A stretch of 63,514 nucleotides of DNA, counting the filler, from Craspedostauros australis (taxonomy: Eukaryota), in assembly GCA_030167865.1 (NCBI GenBank). It is 21 parts of 21 records of this genome, joined end to end, with 100 filler letters (N's around TTAATTAATTAA, not from the genome) between each part and the next. Parts side by side here need not be neighbours in the genome. Positions count along the whole stretch, not along the records: positions 47,299 to 49,139 come from JALAGF010001215.1; positions 49,240 to 50,665 come from JALAGF010001216.1; positions 50,766 to 51,824 come from JALAGF010001219.1; positions 51,925 to 53,793 come from JALAGF010001220.1; positions 53,894 to 55,136 come from JALAGF010001221.1; positions 55,237 to 56,770 come from JALAGF010001222.1; positions 56,871 to 58,755 come from JALAGF010001224.1; positions 58,856 to 63,514 come from JALAGF010001225.1; 13 more parts are not named here. The stretch is one strand, 5' to 3'. A program made the translations under genes and the position numbers. Numbering within the stretch: the first letter of the stretch is position 1; the number at the start of each line of letters is the position of its first letter. Below, one piece after another: positions 47,962 to 59,472 of this stretch. The notes below the pieces were generated by a model, which searched no databases, was not told the origin of the DNA, and worked only from the letters and a program-made list of their open reading frames with translations.

Positions 47962-49139
47962 ATGCAGTATGTTACGAACCAACAACTCATTGGTGCTGCC
48001 AGGACAGGTGACTTGTCGGTGTTGAAGGAATGGAAGAAGCAGAACAAGACGCAGAATGAAGGAGTTGATGTCAACATGGTTACAGGCCGGATTGGTTGGA
48101 CTCCCCTTCATTTGGCATGCCGCAACGGCCACCTGGAGTGTATGGAGTACCTCATCAGATCATGCAGGGCCGACGTCAACTGCCAAAACAACTATGGTTG
48201 GACTCCCCTTCATATGGCATGCATGCATGGCCAGCTGGAGTGTGTGAAGTACCTCATCGAATCATGTGGGGCGAACATCAACTGCCAAAACAACCATGGT
48301 CACACTCCCCTTCATTGGGCATGCTGCTGGGGCCACCTGGAGTGTATCGAGTCCTTCATCAGAGGACTTTCGCCTTCAGCTCACCCACAATTGCAACAAC
48401 TGCAGCAACGCTTACAACAATACGAACAAGCAAATGAACAATCACAAGAATAGCTGAGACAGCAGTTGAAGCACAAGAGCCAAAAAGAATGAACACAAAC
48501 ACAGCAGCAACAAGAGGACCAACATCAACATTTGAGAAGATCGGCCAGATCCTTCCAAACTAAGGACAGGACAGACACCATCTTCTTGTGTGGACAGGGC
48601 GACCAACAACAACTAACCAAGGCAAACGCCCAAGCCCTCATCATCACACTCCCATCCATTGAGACACTGATCGACAAAGGAACTCAACTTCACCGCGCGA
48701 ATGATGACGCTCACGGTGGAACTGAAGCCATCCAAACAACCATCCCTCTTCCCAACCTTCAACCAAAGCACATCCGATACGTCCTCCAATGCATCTACAC
48801 AGCCAAGATATCCTTCAATGACAGTGCTCGTGACAACGCTGCTGCTCACACTGGCACTCATGTTGGCGCTCACGCCAACGCTCACCACGATGTAGATGCC
48901 TCTCACCAGCCAACTCCCACCCTCACTGGGCAGGACGATCTGCAACAGCTGATCCTTGTGGCCAACGAGTTCGGCTTCTGGCGACTCAAGCTTGTTCTTG
49001 AAGCAGAGTTGGCCCACAAGCATCTCACAGAGGACACCACGATAGATGCGTTGAGATTCGCTGATCAACACAACTGCGTGGTGTCGAACGATACAGCAAT
49101 GAGAATGGCAGCTGAAAGTGAGAAAGATATGTTCACTCA
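47962..49139 (+). pseudogene. Ankyrin-BTB family copy 2: 3 repeats, Q-rich linker with stops, BTB/BACK-like domain
   Basis: The ankyrin ORF ends at TAG 48451, with a further TGA at 48490. The same frame then gives TDTIFLCG...HIRYVLQCIYT...LILVANEFGFWRLKLVLE (BTB). Confidence 0.85.
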
Positions 49140-49876
49140 NNNNNNNNNNNNNNNNNNNNNNNNNNNNNNNNNNNNNNNNNNNNTTAATTAATTAANNNNN
49201 NNNNNNNNNNNNNNNNNNNNNNNNNNNNNNNNNNNNNNNCCGATTGGACTCCTTGGGGGATACGCGTACATCGTGACGTGCGATGGTTGCAATTGAGATT
49301 GTGATCATCTTGGTGCTCCCTCCGTCGCATCATCGCTGTTGGCGTCATCATCACTTTCGTGGTTGTTTCGAGTTGACGATCAGAGATCTCATTTGAACGC
49401 CTTTCTGACGTGTCCTTCTCATGAAAGAAGCTAATAAAGTACTTCATTGACACACAGAATTCGTGGAATTGGGAACATCTCAGCACGTGCAAAAGCGATG
49501 AAGCGAGAATCGACGATTCTCATTTGTGGTGTTCTCGTGTTCGCAACAGCGATCTTGTGGGGTGTGTCGTGTTCTGTTCCTTCTTCTCGTTGTTGTGTGC
49601 GCCAGTTCGTAGTCAGCAAAAGGAAGGATCCGCACTCTCTGGACAGCGCTGGTTCCCTCTCCCAAACCAGGGTGCGATCAAGAAGTGGACAAACAGAGAA
49701 ACGGGAGAACATTGAAACGAGGCAACCGCACACACCGCTCAACCCCATACTTGAGCACATCAACAACACACATGTCATGGGTAGCTCGAACAGCACACTT
49801 CCTCAACAGTCAATCCAACGCCAATCGTTCAACGTCCAACGTCAATCGTCCACCAACCATCGACCATCCTCTCAAA

Positions 49877-50665
49877 ATGCCGAGTGTGAGGAAATATCAA
49901 CTCCTTGATGCTGCCTATGCAGGTGACTTGTCGGTGTTGAAGGAATGGAAGAAGCAGAACAAGACGCAGAAGGAAGGAGTTGATGTCAACAAGGTTACAG
50001 ACAGCAATGGTTGGACTCCCCTTCAATACGCATGCTTCTATGGCAAGCTGGAGTGTGTCAAGTACCTCATCGAATCATGTGGAGCGAACATCAACTGCAA
50101 AACCAACCGTGGTTGGACTCCCCTTCATCACGCATGCATGCGTGGCCGGCTGGAGTGTACCGAGTACCTTGTTGCATCATGTGAGGCGAACATCAACTGC
50201 AAAGACAACCATGGTTGGACTCCCCTTCATTGGGCATGCCGCTCCAGCCACCTGGAGTGTATGGAGTCCCTCATCAAATCATGTGAGACAAACATCAACT
50301 GCCAAAACAACCAAGGTGAAACTCCCCTTCATTACGTATGCATTGATGGCCACCTGGAGTGTATGGAGTCCCTCATCAGAGGACTTTCGCCTTCAGCTCA
50401 CCCACAATTGCAACAACTGCAGCAACGCTTACAACAAAACGAACAAGCAAATGAACAACCACAAGAACAGTTGGGACAGCAGTTGAAGCGAAAGAGGCAA
50501 GAGAATGAACACAAACACAGCAGCAACAAGAGGACCAACATCAACATTGGAGAAGATCGGCCATATCCTTCCAAACTGGGAACAGGACAGACACCATCTT
50601 CTTGTGTGGACAGGGCGACCAACAGCAACTAACCAAGGCAAACGCCCAAGCCCTCATCATCACAC
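49877..50665 (+). CDS. Ankyrin-BTB family copy 3: 4 repeats; ORF stops at 50632, BTB start in the -1 frame, truncated
   Basis: Same N-cap, repeats and Q-rich linker as copy 2. The upstream ~630 bp is shared with 47299-47960. Confidence 0.85.
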
Positions 50666-51224
50666 NNNNNNNNNNNNNNNNNNNNNNNNNNNNNNNNNNN
50701 NNNNNNNNNTTAATTAATTAANNNNNNNNNNNNNNNNNNNNNNNNNNNNNNNNNNNNNNNNNNNNTCATGTCAAATCTACGTATTAGGTGAATAACGCAC
50801 AGACGCCAAAGTGCTCATTGACGCTTCAATTTAGTCGCAGTGGTCATTCGTCCCAAAACAGTCTTTTTTCTTCCGTCGTTTGGGCTTTGTTCGCGATTCT
50901 TGAATTTCCGGAGAGTGACTTTACCTTGTGCTCACACAGAATCGTTGGTGTGAACACAAAACTGTTGTTGCATGGAGAGTGATATGATGTATCATATTGT
51001 GATGCGGTGCGATGTGCAATGGGCCGTCAACCAGGATGGTAGGCACAGTCCTTGTTCCTCTTCCTCCTGTCTGTTATGTCAGCATGGTAGTAAGGTGGGT
51101 GCACTGGCTGCAATGCACAAGACGCATACGATGCAAGTTGCGCAGCGCTGAATTGGACGATGTGAATTGCTGGTCCCAAGATGGAAATGGACAGCACCCT
51201 CGCCACAGTCCTGTACGCAGCGGC

Positions 51225-51490
51225 AACCCCAACCCACACATCTCTAACCCAAACCCTAACCCTAACCCTAACCCAGGTCTTGGCCCTCTGGCCCCCGAAC
51301 CCCAGCCCTAGCCCTAACATTGAGTAACTTCCTGGCTCTGTGTGAGCATTGTCAGCCGCACGCAGTTGCCTCCCTCGTCTCTCCCAAGTTGCCGAAACCC
51401 CAACCGGAACCCCAACCCTAACTCTGCTCCTGAGCAACTGCTTCCCTCCTACCTAACCCAAGCTGGAACCCCAGCCCTAACTCTGACCCT
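51225..51490. repeat. Degenerate telomere-like (CCCTAA)n tract
   Basis: CTAACCC AAACCC TAACCC TAACCC TAACCC at 51244-51274, plus scattered degenerate hexamers. Confidence 0.65.
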
Positions 51491-52373
51491 GAGCGACCTC
51501 GTGACTCTGTCTGAACAACGTCATCCGCACACAGTTACCTCCTCCGTCGCTCTGGTGTTGCCCTTGTCGCGAACTCTTGCTTTTCTCCCACTTTTTTGCT
51601 TCCCGCACTGTTTCGATCCATTTCAACGGCCGCCGTTCCAGCGTTTTTGATTCGATTTCACGATTATTACAGTTTGTTTCGTCGGAGGTATCCTCCAGAA
51701 CGTCCTTTGAACTATTTGGCGCCAATGAAACGTAATCAACATTGTCGATTGTGACCCTGGTATCCGGACAGACGTCATATCTGCTGAGTAAAACCTGGCA
51801 CGTTGGCTCGAAGGCTTCGTTGAGNNNNNNNNNNNNNNNNNNNNNNNNNNNNNNNNNNNNNNNNNNNNTTAATTAATTAANNNNNNNNNNNNNNNNNNNN
51901 NNNNNNNNNNNNNNNNNNNNNNNNTCACTCTTTTTCAGTGTATGGACACTTTGGGGCATGCAATGTGGCCAAAACGTTGTATCCTTCATGGAGTGGGTAG
52001 ATGGGGGGGTATACAGAGCGATTGTGATGCGCATATTACAGAAATGCAACAGTGATGATGATCATCATGGGTGTTGAGGGGAGGGCAACATTGGTTGATC
52101 GAGAATTTCCCGAATCCACCACACAAAACACNGCAAACCAACATGACTACCAAAATATTTCCTATACTCATTTAACTTCGATATTCTGATTAACCGATAG
52201 TCATGTGTACGAACGCAATGTTTAGATATAATTTTAAGCAATTTGTTGTTGAGATATAGCATGATAAGCCGATATTTGGATGTGTTTTTGGATGGCCTCT
52301 AGACTCGTTTTAGTAGCTTGGCCGGGCGCCCACAAAACTCCACAACTCGTGTTATCGTGGTGATGCACACCCA

Positions 52374-53793
52374 TCACAAAATTTCTGTCCCATCATCCAA
52401 CACAGCCTCACTTTCTGTGTTCGCCTTCACTGTGTGAGCATCACACCACCTCTGATTCTCCAATTCCTCTTCCTCTCTCTGCAACTCCTCTTCGATTCGT
52501 TCCTCCTCTGTTGCAGCTGGCGCATTGGGGGCCGCCACGATTACAGATGCTGTTGCTGTGCTTGTTGGGTTGGTGTTGGTGTTGGTTTCCGTCTTGATGA
52601 GGGCAGCCTGCTTCTTTTCTTTGCGTTGTTTGGCACTGTACGCCGCAAACAGCGACGATTTGACACGCATGGGATTTGCGTGCAGTTGCACGTACCAGTC
52701 AGTTTTGGTTCTTGCGTTGTTCATCAGTTTCTCGTGTGCTTCGTGCTCCGATGGCCTGTTTTTTGGGTCCTTTGCGGACGCTTCACAGATGTCCTTCAAC
52801 TTGTCCGCGATGTAGTCTGGTAGTTTTGCGTTGGTCCGTGTTGTTTTGCTCGCCCAGCCTGGCACTGCGAGTGGTGGGTGTTCGGTTTCCGCGGTCTGGT
52901 CTTGTAGTGCTGTGGTGTGATCGGATGGTAGATGTTGTTGTCCGTCTGCGATGGCTTTGCCGATCGCAAACGCCTTGCTCTCTGTCGCTGTGCGCCCGAG
53001 TTTTCGCGTCTTGTCCGTCTTCCTGGACGATTCGGACGTGATCGGCGGCTTGTCGGACGTGTGCGAATCGGCAGGGACGACACCCAACTCGTTGATGATC
53101 CACCCTTCCCATTCAGCGCTCTTGACCACGACGTCTTCCGTGATGCCAGATGCAGCCACCAACCATGCCTTGTCATCACCATACTTCACCTCGTGAGTCT
53201 GATGTACCTGTTGCCCACTTGCACGGAATCGTCTTTTTGGTGCGCCCGGTAACGTCGTGATGTTGCCTTCAAGGGTCTCTGCGTTGGCCAGTACCGTGGT
53301 GGTACCCACGATGTTACCGGCGACCAGTGCCTCGAAGAGTTGCAGCGGGGTCTTGATGTCATGTCCACTTTGCACGTATTTTCGCAGCACACGGGTGATG
53401 TACGCAAAGTGGGTGTCCAGCATGCTCTTACCGGTTTGGGCCTCCGTGTAGATCCACGCGATGATTTTGGCCGCGTTTCGTNNNNNNNNNNNNNNNNNNN
53501 NNNNNNNNNNNNNNNNNNNNNNNNNNNNNNNNNNNNNNNNNNNNNNNNNNNNNNNNNNNNNNNNNNNNNNNNNNNNNNNNNNNNNNNNNNNNNNNNNNNN
53601 NNNNNNNNNNNNNNNNNNNAGCAGTCCACCAACTTGAAGAGTGTCTTGTGTCGGTCTTCCATCGACCACAATGTCGATGAACCGATAAGTGAAAATGTCA
53701 TTGCGACATGTGATGACCATCGCCCCAAGCAGTGACATTCCCTTCTTCCCCCAATATTCTTGTTGGGCTTCGCCTTGGCCTGTTGGTAGAATT
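52374..53793 (-). mobile_element. DDE transposase C-terminal half, Sola-like (Sola3-type motifs), 5' truncated
   Basis: LPTGQGEAQQEYWGKKGMSLLG and TEAQTGKSMLDTHFA...RKYVQSGHDIKTP resemble the WFGKRG and SExxxGKxxxD...YVxxGxDI motifs I recall from Sola transposases. The superfamily call is from memory. Confidence 0.55.
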
Positions 53794-53893
53794 NNNNNNN
53801 NNNNNNNNNNNNNNNNNNNNNNNNNNNNNNNNNNNNNTTAATTAATTAANNNNNNNNNNNNNNNNNNNNNNNNNNNNNNNNNNNNNNNNNNNN

Positions 53894-55136
53894 GCATGCT
53901 GGAACGGCCACCTGGAGTGTGTCAAGTACCTCATCGAATCATGTGAGGCGGACATCAACTGCAAAAACAACAATGGTTACACTCCCNNNNNNNNNNNNNN
54001 NNNNAACGGCCACCTGGAGTGTGTCAAGTACCTCATCGAATCATGTGAGGCGGACATCAACTGCAAAAACAACAATGGTTACACTCCCCTTCACTGGGCA
54101 TGCTGGAACGGCCACCTGGAGTGTGTCAAGTACCTCATTGAATCATGTGAGGCGGACATCAACTGCAAAGCCAACAATGGTTCCACTCCCCTTCATTTGG
54201 CATGCCACAACGGCCAGCTGGAGTGTATCGAGTCCCTCATTAGAGGACTTTCGCCTTCAGTTCACCCACAACTGCAACAACTGCAGCAATGCTTACAACA
54301 AAACGAACAAGCAAATGAACCACCACAAGAACAGTTGAGACAGCAGTTGAAGCGAAAGAAGCAAGAGAATGAACACAAACACAGCAGCCACAAGAGGACC
54401 AACATCAGCATTGAAGAAGACAGCTCAGATCCTTTTAAACTGGGAACAGGACAGACAACATCTTCTTGTGTGGACAGGGCGACGAACAGCAACGAATCAA
54501 AGCAAACACTCAAGTCCTCATGATCAATGTCCCCTCCATTGAGACACTGATCGACAAAGGAATCCAACATCAGCACGCGAATGATGGCACCGAAGACTAC
54601 GTGGCCCCATCCAAACAACCATCCCTCTTCCCAACCTTCAACCAAACCATGTCCGATACGTCCTCCAATGCATCTACACAGGCGAGAAATCCTTCAATGA
54701 CAGCGCTCGTGACAACGCCGCCGCTCATGTCGGCGCTCACGCCAACGCTCACCACGATACAGATGCCTCTCACCAGCCAACTCCCATCCTCACTGGACAG
54801 GATGATCTGCAACAGCTGATCCTTGTGGCCAACGAGTTCGGCTTCTGGCGACTCAAGCTTGTTCTTGAAGTGGAGTTGGCCCGCAAGCGTCTCACAGAGG
54901 ACACCATGATAGATGTGTTGATATTCGCTCATCAGCACAACTGCGTGGTGTTGAAGGATGCAGCAATGAGAGTGACAGCTGAAAGTGAGAAGGATACGTT
55001 CACTCATCTAGATTTAAGCAAACTAAGTCTACAACCTCAACTGATGGGAGGCATTCGTGTCCTCCGCAATGGGGGAGCGGAGAGTGATGGTACTGATGAT
55101 GAGTACAGTCATATGTCCATGATGGACCTGTACAAG
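53894..55136 (+). pseudogene. Ankyrin-BTB family copy 4: at least 4 repeats, then a frameshifted BTB/BACK-like domain
   Basis: The ankyrin frame 53894-54523 is followed by BTB sequence spread over several frames (TDNIFLCG..., ANEFGFWRLKLVLE, HNCVVLKDAAM). Confidence 0.85.
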
Positions 55137-56319
55137 NNNNNNNNNNNNNNNNNNNNNNNNNNNNNNNNNNNNNNNNNNNNTTAATTAATTAANNNNNNNN
55201 NNNNNNNNNNNNNNNNNNNNNNNNNNNNNNNNNNNNAAGTTTGGCGTCCATCCAGCAGCGGCAAGGTCGTCATCGACAAGCAGAAGTGGATAACAAGAGT
55301 TTTTGGAGGTGGTGACAGAGCCTGATGCCCTTCCTTTGGGCACCAGTGGCACGCCACACATCCACCAAATGGACAACTCTCCCATGCAAGAAGCACTCAG
55401 AATCCCTTGGAGAGTCGATTGAGCAATGTGTGTGCGCTGGAAGCATTGCGACATGCGGTCGCTCTTGCCGCCAAAGACAGATGGTCAATTTTGGGACATT
55501 GAAAAACTCGAGGGTGACAAGTGCAGAACCAAGCTGCCTGTCATGGATATCCACTTGCGAGTGCTTTTGGATGCACCATTGTGTTGCCTGAAGCCTACTG
55601 GATCCGGAATGCTGTGTGGTGGTGGTGAACAAGGTCGGATGGATGAGATATCTTGGTTGCAGGAAGGCGGACTGGAGTTTGCGTCCATTTTTGGAAATCC
55701 TGAATTCCAGAAATCGCAACCTGGGGAGATGGATATGGACTTTCTGAGTCGAACACGTGCCCAGACGATGGATATGGGAGTATACAGAGGCGATGGGGTG
55801 CTCAGATAAGATGGATATGACGAGGAAGGGCATGATCATGGACCGTGAAGTGGGGGTGGGTGGGTGTCGCACAGAGTTTTTCGATGTGACAACACGCGAT
55901 ATCACGGGCCGAAATGGTATTGAAACTAAAGTTATTTATTTTTTAAGTTCAATATTCACTATCACTGACAGTCAGGTATTCACATGGTATGCTCAGTTTT
56001 TGGTTTAACTGAGTTGGTGTATAGATATAGCATCATAAGGGGTTGCTGAGGCTGGTTTGGAGTTTGAGTCGTGATTAGTTGTGATTAGTCGTGATTTGTC
56101 CGCAAAGCACGACAGAATCCCGAAGTGGGGCCCACAACTAGCATTTGCATGGTGAAATTACCAGTTTACAGAGGGTATGCTTCCATTTTCTATGACGAAT
56201 TGATCAGGCAGAGGGCAAAGGGTCGGGGACGGCTGCCAAAGGAACAGATCGCCACCGCAGAATCCAGCCCCCTGTCGCACACCAAATTTTCAAGCGCCAG
56301 CACTGACACAAGCACAAGT

Positions 56320-56700
56320 ATGGACCAGAACGAATCCCACACTCCCAGCGACGAGGTCATGACCGACGCCACCTTCTTGGTTGGATCTGGACACACACAA
56401 CAAGCCATCAAAAGCGGACGTTGCTATCTTCTCATTCGCTCTACCATGAAATCAAAGCAATCATTGATTCCGGTACTGTCCAAACAAGCACAGATGACAG
56501 CTCCCAACATGTGACCATGATTCTGCCTCAACATCACTCAAAACACATACGATGCATCCTCCAGTACATCTGCTCTGGCGACATGTCATTCATCAAGGCC
56601 AGTGAGACAGCCAATGGCACTGATCTCCAGGAGTTGTTGTTGACAGCATAGCACTCTGGATGTTCGAAGCCGAAGGTGGCCATCGAAGAAGAGCCAGAGA
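56320..56700 (+). pseudogene. BTB-domain remnant related to the ankyrin-BTB family
   Basis: TDATFLVGSG, a frameshift, then LPQHHSKHIRCILQYICSG...LQELLLTA and a stop. Confidence 0.65.
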
Positions 56701-56870
56701 AGAAGTAGAGCGGTATAGAAAACTAATACTTGCGTAGAATACGACATATAATCACGTCCATGAGGGCGCCNNNNNNNNNNNNNNNNNNNNNNNNNNNNNN
56801 NNNNNNNNNNNNNNTTAATTAATTAANNNNNNNNNNNNNNNNNNNNNNNNNNNNNNNNNNNNNNNNNNNN

Positions 56871-57707
56871 ATGCTCGAGGGTATGCAGATCGCCTTCTTC
56901 GCCGTCGCCAAGCTTCCAAAGGAGGACCGTGGAGACCACCCAATGGCCCGCAAGACCTGCGANCTCCTCTTCCGCGGTGACGGACGCAACCTTCCAGGAT
57001 TCATGATCGGACGTCAGATCTGCGTGACCATGTGCTTCTTCATCATCGCCCGTGTCACCACTCTCGATGTCGAGGTCGGAACTGGCGAGAACATCTTCGG
57101 AGTTTCCGACAGCACCCAGGAATTCTTCAACACCGGACTTCTCGGAGCTCTCATCACCACCATCATCGCCTCCATCACATGGCAGCTGGTCGCATCCGTC
57201 TTCCCAATCGCCTTCCTTTCCAACCCAATCGTCTACATCTTCCTCCAGTTCTGTCTGTTGTTGGAGGCCACTGGTATCTGCTCCGGAGCCTGGGTTCTCG
57301 CTTCCATCCACAAGGCCGTCTCTGGCTTCCAGCTCGATGAGGTGTACATCGGCACCCCAGAGGAGCGCGCCGCCGGCATGAAGCCAGACCACCAGAGCAA
57401 CCGCAACATGCACTTGGGAACCAACGTGCTTGTCGGTGAGGCCGGTTCCACTGCCGTCCCACGCGAGTACCTCGAGCTCCAGAAGGCTTTGGCCACACAG
57501 ACCGAATCTTACTCCGTCCGTCGCGAGCGCATCCTGTCGAACATCAAGGGACTCCGCGAGGAGATCAACTCGTGCAGCAACGAGGAGGATGCCGCCGTCT
57601 TCGAGTCTGCCCTTCGCATGGAGACTGCCGCCATGAACAAGCTGAACCAGGACGAGGAGAACGACAGCGCCGCCGAGAGCGACGAAGAGATGGGTGTGCA
57701 GAAGTAA
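56871..57707 (+). CDS. SIT: Silicon transporter, C-terminal half (5' truncated)
   Basis: EGMQIAFFAVAKLP and IGRQICV GxQ motifs, FFNTGLLGALITTI, LEATGICSGAW, DEVYIGTPEER and a C-terminal coiled coil. Confidence 0.97.
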   Translation: MLEGMQIAFFAVAKLPKEDRGDHPMARKTCXLLFRGDGRNLPGFMIGRQICVTMCFFIIARVTTLDVEVGTGENIFGVSDSTQEFFNTGLLGALITTIIASITWQLVASVFPIAFLSNPIVYIFLQFCLLLEATGICSGAWVLASIHKAVSGFQLDEVYIGTPEERAAGMKPDHQSNRNMHLGTNVLVGEAGSTAVPREYLELQKALATQTESYSVRRERILSNIKGLREEINSCSNEEDAAVFESALRMETAAMNKLNQDEENDSAAESDEEMGVQK

Positions 57708-58159
57708 GCACGTTGCCACCTGGTGGGTTGAGGTGCAACCACAATGCACCACAACAACATATCAACACACATCAACACACGGGTGAACACATCACCCGCA
57801 TCACGGCGCCAAGGGTATCTCTGAGATGCATCGTGAATCTCAGACCATGGCGCCGCTTGCTTCCAAGAAAGGCAAAGCACAATCGCATGCCATACACAGT
57901 ATCCGCCACAACACATCGCAACACATAACAACGCATGGGCTGGACAGTGATACCATGACCTTGCAACACGAAGCGACGATAAGCAGATTGCAGCAAACCA
58001 TCCTCTCATAGTGCAATAAGTGTAGTCCACTGAACAATAGAACCCAACGACTGATTTACATCAACGATGAATGTTAAGCACTTGACAGCTGCTAAGCGAG
58101 ACTACTTTGACGAGTGGCTGGTTGGTTGGATCTTGTCCAATTTGTGTTCATGCTTTCTC

Positions 58160-58755
58160 TCATGAAGCAAGAGGGGTCAAATAGTCGACAACATCAGTGT
58201 AGCCGATTTCTTTCGCAATATTCAGCGCAGTCAAGCCACTGCTGGTCTTGATGCTGATGTCTGCGTTGCACGATTCTACCAAGTACTTGACGACTTCCAA
58301 TTCACCATTCCCACTTGCCAACCGAAGTGCAGTTCCGCCATACTTGTTCCGAATGTTGATTTTTGCGTTGCAGACTTCCACCAAATACTTCATGACTTCC
58401 AATCTGCCATTGATGCTCGCAAAGTGCATTGCTGTGTTGCCATGATTGCTGGTTTTGATGTTGACATCTACCTTGCCTTGTTCAACCAACGACTTCACAA
58501 CGTCGAGATGACCATTAGCGCTTGCGCGATGGAGGATGGTTTTGCCTTTCTCGTCTTTTACGTTCAAATCAGCATTTGGTGCTGCGACCAGATACTTGAA
58601 AATGTCGAAATGATTGTTGTGATATGCCTTGTAGAGTGGAGTCTCGTATGTGTCGTTCACAGCGTTGATATTGGCCTTACCGGATTCAACCAGCTGCTTC
58701 ACAACATCGAGATGGCCATCGCCACTTGCGAGATGGAGCACGGTGTTGCCATCCT
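58160..58755 (-). CDS. Ordinary ankyrin-repeat protein (divergent repeats), 5' truncated
   Basis: LHLASGDGHLDVVKQLVE, LHRASANGHLDVVKSLVE and similar repeats, diverged throughout. Confidence 0.9.
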
Positions 58756-59472
58756 NNNNNNNNNNNNNNNNNNNNNNNNNNNNNNNNNNNNNNNNNNNNT
58801 TAATTAATTAANNNNNNNNNNNNNNNNNNNNNNNNNNNNNNNNNNNNNNNNNNNNTCGGATGACAGATATCAACTCCACCGAATACGATATCGGAGTACA
58901 GTCGCAATGCAAGACCAAGACCAGAATAACACGGGACAGTGCGACCGAAACAAGCCGAATGTCGACGATGTTCATGGCCGATAACACGGCACATCGCGAC
59001 AGAACCAAACCGAATGTCGATGATGCTCATGGCCGATAACGCGGCGCATCACGACGAATGCAAACAGAATGATGATGATGATCACGGTCGTTCACACGAG
59101 AGATGCTGCTGACCCTGCANNNNNNNNNNNNNNNNNNNNNNNNNNNNNNNNNNNNNNNNNNNNNNNNNNNNNNNNNNNNNNNNNNNNNNNNNNNNNNNNN
59201 NNCAACTAATCGACAACTAACGATAACAATTACCTCCAAACCAGAGCCCACGATCTCACCACTGCCTACGCCGGTCTAATCAGTGCTGACATCTGGACAC
59301 AATATCACAACCATTGGTGTATCGCCGACGGCACAAGCTGCCATTCGATGAGTTGATGGCTGTTGCCTGACATCTTTGCATCATTGGAAAGAGGAGAGTG
59401 AGAGTTCTCTGTTGATGTGTTCATTGTCGGCAAACGGTCTCTGCTTCCTGTTCATCTTGATGCCTCTTTCAA

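Noticed and set aside
48490..48492. Selenocysteine readthrough of the TGA in the ankyrin-BTB linker
   Set aside because: There is no redox motif, an upstream TAG already ends this copy, and the TGA is out of the ankyrin frame in the other copies.
55237..55900. Possible decayed retroelement coding sequence
   Set aside because: It is fragmented by stops and I could not recognise a diagnostic motif.
58160..58755. Member of the hypervariable ankyrin family
   Set aside because: The repeats are diverged at all positions and lack the homogenised Cys-rich scaffold.
3804..58855. TTAATTAATTAA as a biological motif or piggyBac target site, and gene clusters spanning it
   Set aside because: It is an assembly linker. 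ORFs ending in LIN and neighbourhoods across linkers are artefacts.
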